Assembly (NCBI RefSeq): GCF_052425735.1
Contig: NC_135758.1
Coordinates: forward strand, 36,332,001-36,396,000
Source: Oculina patagonica
Taxonomy: Eukaryota
DNA length: 64,000 nucleotides
Direction: 5' to 3'
Part shown: piece by piece, positions 47,824 to 61,385 of the stretch
Position numbering within the stretch: the stretch's first letter is position 1
Layout of the letters: each line of letters begins with the position of its first letter
The notes under the pieces: model-generated
Told to the model about the DNA's origin: nothing
What the model saw: the letters and a program-made list of their open reading frames with translations, nothing else
Databases searched by the model: none
Made by a program: the position numbers and the translations under genes

Positions 47824-50800
47824 ATGTTCTACAAATATTTTATCATTCTTCATATCATCGTATGCCATACGCGATGTTTAGCAGTGCCTCATCAGCCAAG
47901 TATTCGCTTAGCACTCATCACAGACGTGCATTCAAGCTCAAATTGGACTGGCGTTTTCCAGAGAGCCCTTAAACTCGTCGACAAGCTTCCATATTTGCGA
48001 CATGAAGTAAAATTTGAATTTGTTTCCGTTTCTAAGAGAGACTTGCAGTCATTTGGAGACATTCTTGATATGCTGTGTCAGGAGTTGCTTCCTCGACAAG
48101 TTCATGCAGTTTTCCTGTCAACTGAAAGTCCAGTTGCTTACGAATTTACGAAGTTTTTCGGACTTGTTCCTGTACTAATTTTGGGTACAAATAGAGATCC
48201 AGCCTTTGAAAATCAGGTAATGGTTGTCCAGAGAAATAATAGTGGGTGAAAGTTAACCTGCTTTAATAATAACTTTAAAAGTAAACAGATAAAGTTACTC
48301 AGTTAGATTACAGTGCCTTCGACAACCAAATCAACTGAGTTACTTTACTGTCCTAATACAGCCGTTTTAGCGAATTTCTCGTTCTATACTTACTGTTAAA
48401 TAGCATGCGCAAACCGGTGTCATAAATGGGTACTTCTAATACAACGAAAACCAATTAACTTAATCGGATAAAAATGTATGTCATTCTATACATTGTATTA
48501 ATGTATAGCCCGACTATCAACCCAGGTTTTAATTTAATTCCATTTTCTAGCTTAAGTTTCATCTAAACCAGAGAGACATTGCTGTAGATTATCAATATTT
48601 AATTTATACTCATTACAATATCAATTACTGTATTTACGAAGGCGTGGAATATTATCTTAACTTGATGTAAAAACAATTTCAGAATTTATTCTCTGATCTC
48701 TAAGACTTGACGGATGTGAAGTGTTGATAATTTCAATAGAATAAGTCATTTATGCCTCTCCCTTTATTTATTAGGAGCTGTTTCAGAACTATAAATTCCT
48801 TCGATCTCCCTTAACCCATCAATCTGAAGTGATTCAAGGGATCCTGGACTCTCTTCAAGTTGACAAGTACTCCATTATATATGAAATCCACGAGGGAAAC
48901 GATAAACTAGCAAAGGAGATTATTTCTGGCGACAAAACACGCGCTGGCAATGTCTTCGAGGCTGTACTCCCGTCCAAGAATTTACTTGATAGCGCCTCAA
49001 AGTTTCTTATAGCGGAAGAATTGGTCAGAATAAAAATCCAAGAGATAAAAGTAATCGTTTTGGCTTGTCGACAGCATTTAGTGAAGATTATGTTTGAAGT
49101 TGCGAAGGGCCTGGGAATGGTTTCTGAAAAGTTTCTGTGGATTGGAACGGAGAGTGTTGTCCGTGCAATAAACGACACTGCTGGAGAAAATATCTGTTTT
49201 AAATTTCGTTGGAATTAGACTCAATACTTCAGACGAAACGATAGGTAAGAAAAGATTTGAAATATGGTCTGGTATGTACTCTTGCGTGGCGTGCTGGAAC
49301 CATCTCGTCCGCTTGCCCGCGCCGGCAGCCGGGGCAGAGGAACAAGTGGCCGGGGAACTGATGATGACAGAACAAAGGAAAACAGCAAACCAAACACCGT
49401 AGAATACTTGTTGTAAGGGATTTTACTACGGTTGATTTGTTTGGCTAGATTTAAATTCTCTTTGTTAATGTTAAAATCTAGCCAATCAAATCATACGTCC
49501 CCAGGGCCCCTTGTTACTCTTGCCCCAGGCTCTACCGGCTAAGAGGGACAAGCGGCTCTGAAAGCGGCTGGGACGAGAATGTACTGGACAATCGGAGCAG
49601 AGATCACGTTGTGTTTTGGCCAATTAGGGACATAAATGAAACCAGTCGTCAGTATACAGGCTTATTAACACAAACTTGGGCCCCGTCCACATTAACCCGG
49701 GTAAATTTGAAAACGATACGCTTCATTGGTGAGCGTTTTTGAAAAGCCCCGTTTTCGGTGACCGAGATCTAGAACGCCGTTTCAGTGTGGACGGTTGGCC
49801 TAATCATGGAAAAAAGATACGTTTTCAAATTTACCCGGGTCAGTGTGGACGGAGCCTTAATGCAAACGCTAAGTTTTTATTTAGCTTGTTTGTGATTACA
49901 GTGAACTTTCTCTAAGACGGACACCGTCTGGAACGTCTCAACTGTTCGTCATCAGAGAGGCGTCCGTCTTATAGGGAGTTTATTTTTAGTTACTCTGAGC
50001 TGAAGGCGACTGACAAAACGGCAGGCACAGGACTAACAACAGGTGTCCGTTCAGTCTAGCTACAAGAGGTGTCCGTTGAGAGATAGTTGACTGTACTTTA
50101 ACGACAGCTTTTGCGTAACGTCTCGCTCTCTACTATGGTACTCGTACTGAAGTAAATTGCTATCTGAGTGATAACTGTACAACATGTGTAGCTCATATAA
50201 CAGAACATGCGTGTCACGTAGAAAAAGGAATATTTTTTCTGTTGTGGGCCCGGGGCGTGTGATAATATTTTTCGTTCTTTTTTATTTCATGACTACAGCA
50301 ATGAAAGCACTACAGATTCTATCTTCTTCAGTACAAGCTGATTTTCATGAGTCATTTGTGACTGTTTTTCCTTCAATAAACGAGTCTTGTTTTGGTGGTT
50401 CTCAATGGATCCCACATGTAAAGTTTCGAAGGTAAGCTTTTAAAAAAACTTTTAATGTGTTAGTTACAAATTTGTTACGCAATTAAGGCCAGATTTCTTT
50501 GTGTTGAATTTGTTCCTTTTATTAAAGACTGGGATTAAAATAATTTAATAGACTGGGTAAAATGATCATGAATTGTAGAAGGGGCCTTGAGGGGTAAAAT
50601 GGGTACTGGGATTTGCCTATTTTTTCACTGGGAAAATTGGATTTGGTTCGCTGGGACTGGGAATCGCAAAACAGAAAATGGGACTGGGATTTGGGCAAAA
50701 CAGAGACTGGGAAATGGGATATGAGCAAAATTTGGGCTGGGAAATGGAACCTTTCATAGGGAAATAGTTAAGAACAATGTTGTGCTGCGTCAACTTGGGG

Positions 50801-53800
50801 TTTTAGAAGGGGTAGTAAATAAACTTCTAAGAGTAAACTCCTTGTTCACAGACCCTTTCTAGGCATACCAAAGCTCAAAATCAGTGTTTTTAAAACATTC
50901 TTTAGATATATCGGTAAGTTCGTTAGACTGACTGAGATACTAGATCTTGCTACCTTGCTAGGATAACCTGGGTTAGTTGGGTTTTTTTATTACAAGCAGA
51001 CTTCTCACTAATTTTTTGCTCTTTTCACAGTCATCTTGAACAGGCAATCCCTAGCCCTAATTTTGATCAGCAAATTCTTAGTGATACCTACACCATTTTA
51101 AAGCTTGAAAGTAACAACTCTGTGGAGGACCGATCTTGGAGACAAATTGGAGTATATCGAAATAAAGGAAGTACTATTCAAATGGAAGGCAACATTCTTC
51201 CGGTACAGCTCGGTCCCATTCCTCGCATTACTCCAAAGGCTCTCAGAATTGTTAGTATAGCACACGGTCAGTACCTTTACAAGGTCGGTAGTGTGCTAGG
51301 CTGCGAAGGCGCAAAGATATGCACAAGACAAAGTCTACAGCGCAGATCACTTCAACCCAGTTGCGAAGTAGGCGTGCCTTGTTACGACCATGTGCACTCA
51401 GAAATCTTGAATGACACAGACGAACTATACATTTTCTGTGTATCTGGTCTAATGATCGACCTCCTGGGCTTGATACAGAACAAGCTTGGTTTCTCGTACG
51501 AGCTTTATCTTGTCCCAGATGGAAAGTATGGTGCCATAGACGATGCCACAGGGCGCTGGAATGGAATGATAGGAGAGGTGCTGTACGGACACGCCGATAT
51601 AGCGCTGGGTACTATCACCATCAACGCACAACGCAGCCAAGTTGTAGATTTCACTTCTCCTTACGGCGAAGTTGGTATTGGAATGATGATATCCAACGGA
51701 AACACGGCCAGACCTGTAATAACTATGGAATTTCTCGAGCCATTTGGAACAAGTTTGTGGATTGCTATCGTGACTACTATTTTTACCATTCTCATTGCGT
51801 TGTGGTTCTTGGACCGAAAAACGAGCGAGTTTTACTCTAAGAGCAGGCGCACTTTCTTCAGAAGAGAAAAGAGTTACTTTCAAAGGAGACAAAGAGTGAC
51901 TCTTCTAGAAAGCATGTCTTACACGTGGAGCACGTTCGTGCACGTGCCGGCGGGAAGTGGTTTTCCAAGGAGCCTAAGTGCGCGCTTTGTGGCAATTTTC
52001 TTCGCGTTTGCGATGATCATCCTGAGTAGCACATACACAGCAAATCTTGCGGCTAATAAAGTGAAAGATGAAGCAGAATCACCGATAACAGGGATACATG
52101 ATGAAAAGGTAAACTCTAACGGATTTATAGATAAACCCCCTCTACTAACTTTGGTCTGGGCAGTGGCGGATCCAGGATTTTTCATAGGAGGGGATGCACC
52201 ACTAAGGAGTGGCGTTACTGACTTTTTTTTTTTGCAGAATACATATTGTATTAGAAAGCCGCAGGTCATTTCGGGGGGGAGGCTGCGCACCCTCCCCTAG
52301 ATCCACCCCTGCTGGGAAATAAGGCCGCTACGCACAAGCGAGACGTTCACTCCTACTTATTGGAAAAAGTACAAATCACTTGTCTATATATATTTGTATA
52401 TTCGGATCATGGGATCAGTTCACAGGAATACTAAGCCCTGAAGATGTGATATTAGAGTTAACACTTTTAGAACATCTAAGCGAAACTCTGATCTTTAGAA
52501 GAGAGAGCTTTGTTTTCTCTTGTTCAGGGTTGTCGCTCACACGCTTGTAACATATTAGGCCTACTATGTAACACAAGTGTAAATATTTCATCATATTTTT
52601 TTATTCCACAGATGGTAAATCCTCCCTCAGGCTTCCACTTTGGAACACTCAAGTCGACCAGCACTGAGGCCTACTTTAAGTTTAATCGTGACCCGCGCAT
52701 GCGTAAGATCTATCAGAACATGAAAGACCACAACGTGGAAAATGTGCACGATGGAGTAAAGAAAGTGAAGTCAGGGTAAGGTCTAGTCAATCTGCGTGCT
52801 TCGGCGTGTATATTAAAGTGAGATTTATAACGCGAATTACAGCTCGTCAGTCTCTAGTACAATCTCGTTCCCAAAGCCTTCCGCGCGCTCCCAGTTTTCA
52901 TCGACAAGAAGCGAGGGAGAAAGTCGGAAGGTGCTTCTTACTATCGAAAGAAAGCCATACACATGCCAGCCTTCCGTTCCTGATTTCAAAACACAACAGC
53001 AGCTGCTTTCACAATATCATGATGCAATAATCATTCAGCAAGAGGAAAGGAAAATCAATAAATAATATAAATAAAAGAAGGAAAGAATGGACGAACGAAG
53101 GAATGAGTGAGTGAGTGAGTGAGTGAATGAATGACTTAATGAATGAATGAATGAATTGGTTTCAATGGCATGCATGATAAAAGGTGGACCTTCATCCACT
53201 GTTGAACAGTAAATAGATATATGTCAGCAGATTCAGTTTTCCTTTTTTGCATATTTGCGCAATTTTTGTCTCTTCCAGGCGTTTGGTTTTGCGTAATTCT
53301 CTTCCAAGCCACGTTGGTTAATTGAGAAACAGCGCAAAATAATGGCGAGTGAAAAAAGGCAAATAATTTCGTATTTTTTTTTTTACTCGCCGTTCTTCGC
53401 GCTGGTCCCCAGCTGAACGCAAGGAACAGACTAGCGTAATCCTGATCATGTCTTCATTCTTGTTCTTAGGGAACTTTCAGTTTATATAGATGACCAACCC
53501 TACCTAGAACACATGGTCTCTTCGCAGTACGACTGTTCCCTAAGAATCGTGGGAAAACCCTTTGGCATTTCTGGTTACGGATTGGTACTTAGAAAAAACT
53601 CCCCCTGGACCCAGGCTATCTCGAACAGTATTCTACAATTAAGTGGTGACAACGTTTTAGCAGAACTCTGGAGCAAGTGGCTGGTACGCAAGTGCTTAAA
53701 AAAGGAAGATTTTGAAAAAATGCCGGACAGATTGTCCATACATAACTACAACGGCGTCTTCCTCCTTGTCGCTGCTGGCATTTTGATCTCAATTCTATTC

Positions 53801-54025
53801 CTAGGTTTTGAACGTAAGATCGCTTCTTATCGAGCAAAAACGGAAGGTGAAATAATACTGGGTAACTTTGCTTCCACAATAGCAGGGATGAACAGTGAAA
53901 CAGAGAGCAATGCTAAAAGTATGCAGGGACTAAATTTCTCGTCTTCAAACCCTGTACTGCAGCACGAAGAATGCGATAATAGCGAACAAGACTCGAATAG
54001 ACTCAAGTTTAATTCAATTTGTTAA
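47824..54025 (+). CDS. NMDA-type ionotropic glutamate receptor subunit (GluN-like)
   Basis: Exons 47824-48216, 48775-49244 (extra A at 49187-49190), 50299-50431, 51031-52108, 52612-52775, 53470-54025; ~930 aa after correction. Signal peptide, ATD, Cys-containing loop 1, DGKYGA..WNGMIGEV, TITINAQRSQVVDFT, PRSLSAR, TYTANLAA, GTLKSTSTE, YIDD, SGYGL.L.K.SPW and M4. Confidence 0.88.
49679..49858. mobile_element. Harbinger-like MITE
   Basis: Ends ggccccgtccacattaacccgggtaaatttgaaaacg / cgttttcaaatttacccgggtcagtgtggacggagcc. Confidence 0.65.
49897..50095. mobile_element. Tc1/mariner-like MITE
   Basis: Ends ta|cagtgaactttctctaagacggacacc and ggtgtccgttgagagatagttgactg|ta. Confidence 0.6.
53085..53157. 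repeat. (GAGT/GAAT)n microsatellite
   Basis: Run of gaac, gagt and gaat tetramers. Confidence 0.8.
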
Positions 54026-54587
54026 GAATTGGAACTCTAGTTGGCAAATCACACATGCACTTACCTTGAAAAAATTCAGAGCAGGATCGATGCCTCACCT
54101 AATCAACAGTCACGCAATCAGTTTTAGATTCCTTCAGCTTCCTGCTGTTACCGTATACTTTGTATCATCTCTTATGACATGCTCTCCAGTGCCCGAAGCC
54201 TTCGAAGCCATTTGAGGATCTTAGCCGGCGGGCCCTAGGCACGGGGAGCCGAAGTCTTATCCTTGGGCCTAGAGAATTAAACCGCAGTATGCTAGATCAA
54301 CATGAAAGCTTGGAGTGGCTCGAATAATTTCGAAAAATCGTGGCATAGCTTCAAGGAATGGAAAATGTGAAAAACAGGAAAGGACCTTGAATGCCAATAA
54401 AAGTCAAAGTGAACTGACTCTGATCTGTTTAAATTATCGTCTTGAAAAGTAAACTATTGGAAGGCTCAGAAACCAGGCCAATAACTCGCTTATACTTCTT
54501 ATGTTGTCCTCACTAAGAATAACCGCTGCCTTAGCATGAGCATGAGCAAAAGAAAAACAAAACTCTTCATTCTTCTTGTGCTTAGGC

Positions 54588-54840
54588 TAAAGCCCGGGCC
54601 AAACGAGGATGAGAGCTCAAACTCTCACTCTCAAGTTGGCATGGAACTCTCATGCACTCTCATCGACTCTCGTGCGCTCTCATGGGCTCTCATCGACTTG
54701 AACGTGTTCAAATTTTTCACGAGAGTCGATGAGAGTTTTCTCTCGTTTGGCCCAAGTTCATGATAGTCAATGAGAGTTGACGTTAACTCTCATGAGAGAC
54801 AACTCTCATCAACTCTCATCATCGTTCGGCCAAGTGCTTT
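54588..54840. mobile_element. Palindromic MITE with ctctca repeats
   Basis: Ends aaagcccgggccaaacgaggatgagag / ctctcatcatcgttcggccaagtgcttt. Confidence 0.55.
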
Positions 54841-55808
54841 TGCCATGCTTGTTCCGGTGATTCCCAACATACGAAAAAAAGGTGTCTTATGCTTGCGTTT
54901 ATGTTCATGTCTCAGTTGCCCTCAATAGCTCTGACGCCGGCAAAAAATAACTGGCCTCAACTCCAGCTTAATAGAATGAAGAGACTAGGAGTATTCAGAC
55001 TAGGACTACACCCCCCCCCCCCCACCTCCCCCCCCTTGGTAAGACACTAGTCCATCGAAATTTATATCCCAGAAATTTTGACCGGTTGCGAACTGTTTGA
55101 CTTCTTTTAATAAGTCGTTGGATTCTCCGCATACGATCTGTGTTTCTGTAGGTTTGCACCACAAAAATTTAGGCTATCTTAGAGTGGATTTTCATTTGTG
55201 TTGGTTTTGCATTGGCTGAGCCAAAAGTTGATTCCGTTGTTTTCGTTTGTCATGATTGCATGGCAATCGCCACTCTCATCATCGACTATATATCAGTGCA
55301 TATAGCTTTCGACTAATAAGTGCTGAATTCCAGAAATAATGCGAATAAAATAAACAATCAATCAATCTTTATTTTCACTTTCCCCTTAAATTACATTTAA
55401 CAGTAACAGGAAATAAAATTATTAACGGTGTAAACAGAAACAGGACAGAAAAAGATTGTTGTCGGATATTTTAAACTGGTAATTTTGTGGCCAATTACAA
55501 TATAAAAAAGTTGGTAACATAATGAGAGATGGAAGATTTAAAAATAACATTAACAAGGAAATAGTACCATGCGGAGGAGGGCCTTTCAACTCCTATCCAT
55601 TCCTCCTTTTCAAATCCCATTGCGTTCTTTTCGTTTCTTCTCTTCCCCGACGCCAGGTTACACAGCCAGGCACAAAGTCGTATTTGCTTGTTGTTGTGGC
55701 GAAAAGAGGAAGAATTTACATCATTGTTGCCACAAATTAATAACAAAATGAGTTAAATTACACAGCAACCGTTCAGAACAGAAGGTATAGATCTTGACTT
55801 TCGAAAAC

Positions 55809-58800
55809 ATGGAGAAAACCGCAGCGATTGACCTGGGTTTCTTGTCTGGCAGCCCTTTGAAGTCGTCTTCTCAACTCAACAAACCGAGAATGAGGCATAT
55901 CTCTGATCGCCACCCTAAACAACTTCTGGACACTTTAGAGGCTTTACGGCAATGCAAAGAACTATGTGATGTCGTTATTAAGGCTGGTAGCAAAACTCTG
56001 TTTGCCCATCGAGTGATTTTGGCGGCTTGTAGCCCGTATTTTCGCGCCATGTTCACCGGAGAAATGGCGGAAAGCCGCCAAATGGAAATTACAATCCAAG
56101 ATGTCGACGAAACTGCAATGGAATTGCTGGTTGATTTTGCCTACACGGCGACGATTACTGTCGAAGAAAGTAACGTTCAAGCGCTTCTCCCTGCCGCTTG
56201 TCTTCTTCAAATCTCAGAAATTCAAGAAATCTGCTGCGAATTTCTAAAACGTCAACTCGACCCATCGAACTGCCTTGGTATTAGAGCCTTCGCTGATACT
56301 CATGCTTGCCGCGAGTTGTTACGTATCGCTGACATTTTCACTCAACACAACTTTCAAGAAGTCATGGAAAGCGAGGAATTCCTGCTTCTACCGGTGACGC
56401 AATTACTGGACATTCTCTCGAGCGACGAGCTAAACATTCGTTCAGAAGAACAAGTTTTTACAGCGGTTATAAACTGGGTCAAATATAGCGTTTCCGAGAG
56501 GCGATGTCATCTTTCGCAGATTTTGCAACACGTCCGCTTACCGCTGTTAGGGCCCAAGTTCTTAGTTGGTGTGGTTGGTACTGATCCTTTGGTGAAAAGT
56601 GACGAATCATGTAGGGACCTAGTTGATGAAGCAAAGAACTATCTTTTACTTCCGGAGCAAAGGTTGCTCATGCAGGGACCACGAACCCGACCGAGGAAAC
56701 CAACCAAATGCTCGGAAGTATTGTTTGCTGTGGGTGGGTGGTGTAGTGGGGATGCCATCAGTAGCGTCGAACGCTATGAGCCGCAGACAAATGATTGGAA
56801 AATGGTGGCGACTATGAGTAAACGACGCTGTGGTGTAGGTGTCGCAGTTTTGGACAATTTACTGTATGCTGTTGGGGGTCATGATGGCAGTAGCTATCTC
56901 AACAGTGTTGAAAGGTATGACCCCAAAACAAATCAATGGAGCAGTGAAGTTTCACCTACTTGCACTTGCCGGACCAGTGTTGGTGTCGCTGTACTTAACG
57001 GGTGAGTTCAGATTTATTCATTTGATAAGTGGTGATCTACGTGTAGTCGTATCCATGTAGTCTACGTGTAGTCGTACCCACCCCCGTAGGCTAGTGTCCA
57101 TATGGGATGTGTGGTATTAGTTAAGCCCTATTTAGACCGGGCTTTTTTGGACCTTCTTGGACCGAAAGGAAGCCCCCCCCCCTCCCTATGTAACTTCCAG
57201 AATATTTAAGCAATCACAATGAAACTTGTAGGAGACTTAAGATGTATAGTATGTCCGAATATCTTTCTTTTGGTTAGCCTGCATAGCAGGGGTTTTATTT
57301 GGGGTTTTGTTTTTCACAATATGACCAAAAATTACATCAAAAACATTTAAAAATATGTCTAAAAACATACACAGTGCAGTTCTTTAATTTTGCGATTTGA
57401 GAATCCTGAAAAATTGCGAAATTTAAGACCTGCAAAATTAAGTACGAACATGTGTATCATTTTTAAAACAATTCTTTTAGGTACATGTATGCTGTTGGAG
57501 GGCAAGATGGTGTATCATGTCTTTACATTGTTGAAAAGTATGACCCTCAAGAAAACAGATGGTTCCGAGTGGCGTCTATGTGTTCTCGCCGACTGGGCGT
57601 GGGTGTTGCTGTGCTTGATGGATATCTCTATGCCATTGGGGGCTCTGATGGCACTTCACCTTTAAACACAGTAGAGAAATATGATCCTACAACAAATCGG
57701 TGGAGCCCAGTTGCTCCCATGGGAACACGAAGAAAGCATCTTGGGGCAGCTTTGTTCCAGGACAAACTTTATGTTGGTAAGATCCTAAAAGTAATGTGTT
57801 ATTGATCTTGTATAGTTCACTGTTGCATTAATTTACTCAGTTTACGCTTAGTGTCTCTTGAAAGACAAAATCTTAACACAGCCAACAATCAAAAGCCTTG
57901 TGTTTTAAAACTCAGTGTCCTTGAACCACTGTTAATCATTTTTAAGTCGTGAATGTAATGAACGACTTATAGCGGTTTGCTGGGTGGTGTAAAACTCGCT
58001 TGGTAACCTGGCAATTTTATATTAAGTTTAAATTAAGTTCAAAATGGCGGATGAACGTGGACAAGGGCTGGTTTCCCGAGTTGTAATGCGAACTTGTGGA
58101 TGTACATCAGGAGAATACAAATTTTTTTTCCTTTCTGGAAGGAATTTTTCTAGTGAGGCCAGTGCTCGAATCCACATTTACACACAATGCAACGGAAAGG
58201 ATGGCCAAGGAAGCAAGAAACTTGCACGCCGATCGATAGCTTATTTTGAAAGTCTGCGGATATGATATTATCTTTAATTGAAATGCAATCAAATAGTTGG
58301 TAAGTAATAAATCACCCTAAATAAGGCTGTATTTTTCACTACAAATTAGTCTCACTCAGCAAGATTAAACTGATGCCTTTCGAAACGATTATAGATATCT
58401 ATAGTTGGCTTGCTTTGTCTTTCGGTCGATCATTCATTTGCACGTTCGTCAAGTTTTTGTATCTAGTAATATTTTATATTCGTTGTCACACTCTCGTTAA
58501 CGAAGTTCCCAAGTACATCTATCTCTTAAATCAAAAAATCCTTTGGCATTCGTAGCTCATTAGGTAGCAAGCCTTATGTGAATGATAAATTTGCTCTGCT
58601 TTTGAAGGCAAAACTACATTTGTAAACACTGTATTGTGCATCAGTCCCTTACAATTATTTTTTCTTCATACACATGGTCTGTCAAAGAAGGGACATATTA
58701 GTTCAACTGTGGTAATTGTAGTTCTCCAGGGGTGTATCATTGCACTCAGGTAATTTTTTGCTTTGTCAACATCCACTGAGTGCTATGGGGTAGACATTCA

Positions 58801-61025
58801 AAGAAATACTGAGAGAGTACTATTGTTAGCGGCTATTAATTTAAGCGTTTTTTTCTGAGCAAGATTTAGCGACTATTTAATATGAAGATTTTCCAAAAAC
58901 TTCAAAAAATAGTAATATCGTGTAAACCAGCTTTTACTGGCCGGTGATGAACATGTGGCTAAGATGAAAATAAGTGTTCAGTAAAAGAAAAAAAACTACC
59001 GTATCTTGACATTGAATGAACATAAATTGCATTGCCTAAAAGAACGAGTTACCAGTATCCATTTTTGTGTTCCATTAGGGTGGGAAGGGGGTACCGGGAA
59101 GGTACTTGAAATTTGACCAAGACAAATTTTAGCAAGTACTAAATTTAGCGATTTTCGCCCAACTCACTAAAATCGCTAAAATGTAATAGCCACTAATATA
59201 ACAATAGTAACCTTAAGGTTGATTTCTGTACATGTCCTATGCCTCCCCCCCCCCCCCAATAAATGCATGCAGTCATCTCAGCCGAAAAGAAACCTGGTTG
59301 CATGCCATGTTGATAAATAACAAATTGCTTACACTGAGATGGTTTGTTGTATGTGTTGTCCTGCAGATTTATTTTAGCAAGGCACATAGAATTTTGAATT
59401 AATTTACAGATTCGCCAAAGCAATATCCTGCAATACAGCACATCACTGAACTCTGCATGGGGCTAGGCTGTCAAGAGGTGTGGGCTGGAATGAACATCCT
59501 GTAGTAACTTGTATGAAACACATGATCAGAAAAATAATTTTATTTCGAATTTACTCTCATTTCACAAACAGTGAATACTGCTCTCTATAAATTGACTTTT
59601 AGCAGACTGTACAGCTTGAAAAATAAAATATTTGGAAGTTATTGTTATTGACTGCTGAAAACAAAGAGTAAAAGATAAACAAGCTTTAAGGTTCAGATCC
59701 TTTAATCCAACATGGCCACCAAATATATGCAGAATGACTGGCAATGTATAGAGATTATTTAAAAACGAATTAATAAGGCTGATTAAAATGCATTGATGAT
59801 ATTTGTGGCATGTAAAGGGGTAAAGTTAACTTTTTGGTTGCAAGTAAAGGTACCAGAAAAGGAAATAAGCAGCAGTTTTCATTTGATACATGTATCAGGC
59901 CTCTAAATTGATAATAAATTATGTTGACTTTACTGTTTCCTGCCAATTTCAATTCTTAGAAGTCACATGTATCAGGCATCTGTTAGTTTCTTTTAATTAT
60001 TTGCCTTCTGTCACAGTGTCTGCCATTCTTTAACAGAGAAAAATGTATGTCGAATAATACCACTGTCCTGTATAAATGGCTGAGTTACCTGGTTATTAAC
60101 TAAAGAACCCTTTAGCAAACGTGAAACAGTTTGGTGAAAAAAAATTCCCTAGCTTCTTTCCATTACCAGCTTCGCAGCATCTTAAGGTACCTCATATCTT
60201 GTTACCACTATACGTGTCTCTCTCAGAATTAATTATTTTAAGCTCTGAAATAATCTTCACTTCTTAGCTGCTTAGCTAGAAGGCCTCGATGGACTACTGG
60301 ATGGTTAGTTTTCAGTTAGAATATGGGGTTATTTATCACTTAGCAGCTAGAATTTTAAACATGACTCGACTATGATGTACGTTTAACAGATTTTATAGAC
60401 AATTACAAAAATTGTCGTATGTCATTAGACATTTTAAATTTATTTTGGCTAATTCTGGGCTATCAGTTTATAATATACCACATTCACGACTTTGCTCATA
60501 GAGCCTTTGATCTCACTCTTGGTTTGCCATTGCAACGCACAAGTTTTAAGCAAATCTCTGTGCAACCTTTATTCAAAATTGACCAGGCAAAGTGGAGCTG
60601 TTTATTGCATATTCCCCAGTTGTCACAGCAAATTCACTCATAATGCATACAAATTCAAAGGTTTATAATAATAACATTGTCAATCACCTTTTTATAAAAA
60701 AAAGTGAGGCATGTTTCCTTTTTGTGTAGTTGGAGGGAGAGACGATGCAACAGAACTCAGCAGTGCCGAATGCTATGATCCCAAAACAAACCAGTGGTTT
60801 CCAGTAGTCGCAATGAACTCTCGCCGCAGTGGAGTAGGACTGGCAGTAGTGAATGGGCAACTTCTTGCTGTTGGCGGCTTTGATGGCACCACATATCTTA
60901 AGACAATTGAAGTGTTTGACCCAGTGTCCAACCAATGGAAGCTTTATGGAGGAATGAACTATCGCAGACTTGGCGGTGGAGTTGGAGTTGTAAAACTACC
61001 TCTGAGTGATGCATTTGGATGTTAG
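55809..61025 (+). CDS. KLHL20: Kelch-like protein 20 / diablo (BTB-BACK-Kelch CUL3 adaptor)
   Basis: Exons 55809-57001, 57481-57776, 60730-61025; 1785 nt = 594 aa. [29 protein letters not shown]; signature [67 protein letters not shown]. Confidence 0.95.
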
Positions 61026-61049
61026 AGTGTATGTTGAAAAAAAAAAACT

Positions 61050-61385
61050 TAGACTGTTCACAGTCCCTTATTTTCCCGTGAAGTTGTAGAGATCGATTGT
61101 TGAGTTTGACGAACTGCCATTTTGGTTCCTGAACGCGAGCAAAAACTGGGGAGAGAGCAAAATACCTGTGGGTAGGGGAGGGGGGAGGGGAGGGGTGCCA
61201 GGTCAAAAAAAAAATTTTCACCCCCCCACCCTCACACTATAAACACCCTGCTTCCCTACCCACAGGGTTTTTGCACTCTCCCCATTTTTCATATGCGTTC
61301 AGGAACCAAGATGGCGGCCTGTTGAACTCAACAATAATATTGATCTTTATGACTTCACGGAAAAAAGGGGACTGTGAACAGTCTA
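61050..61385. mobile_element. MITE immediately 3' of the KLHL20 stop codon
   Basis: Ends tagactgttcacagtccc / gggactgtgaacagtcta, with internal inverted matches. Confidence 0.7.

Noticed and set aside
54008-54025. GluN C-terminus FNSIC matching the RRNSIC family motif
   Set aside because: Four-residue coincidence lacking the Arg pair and the downstream motif.
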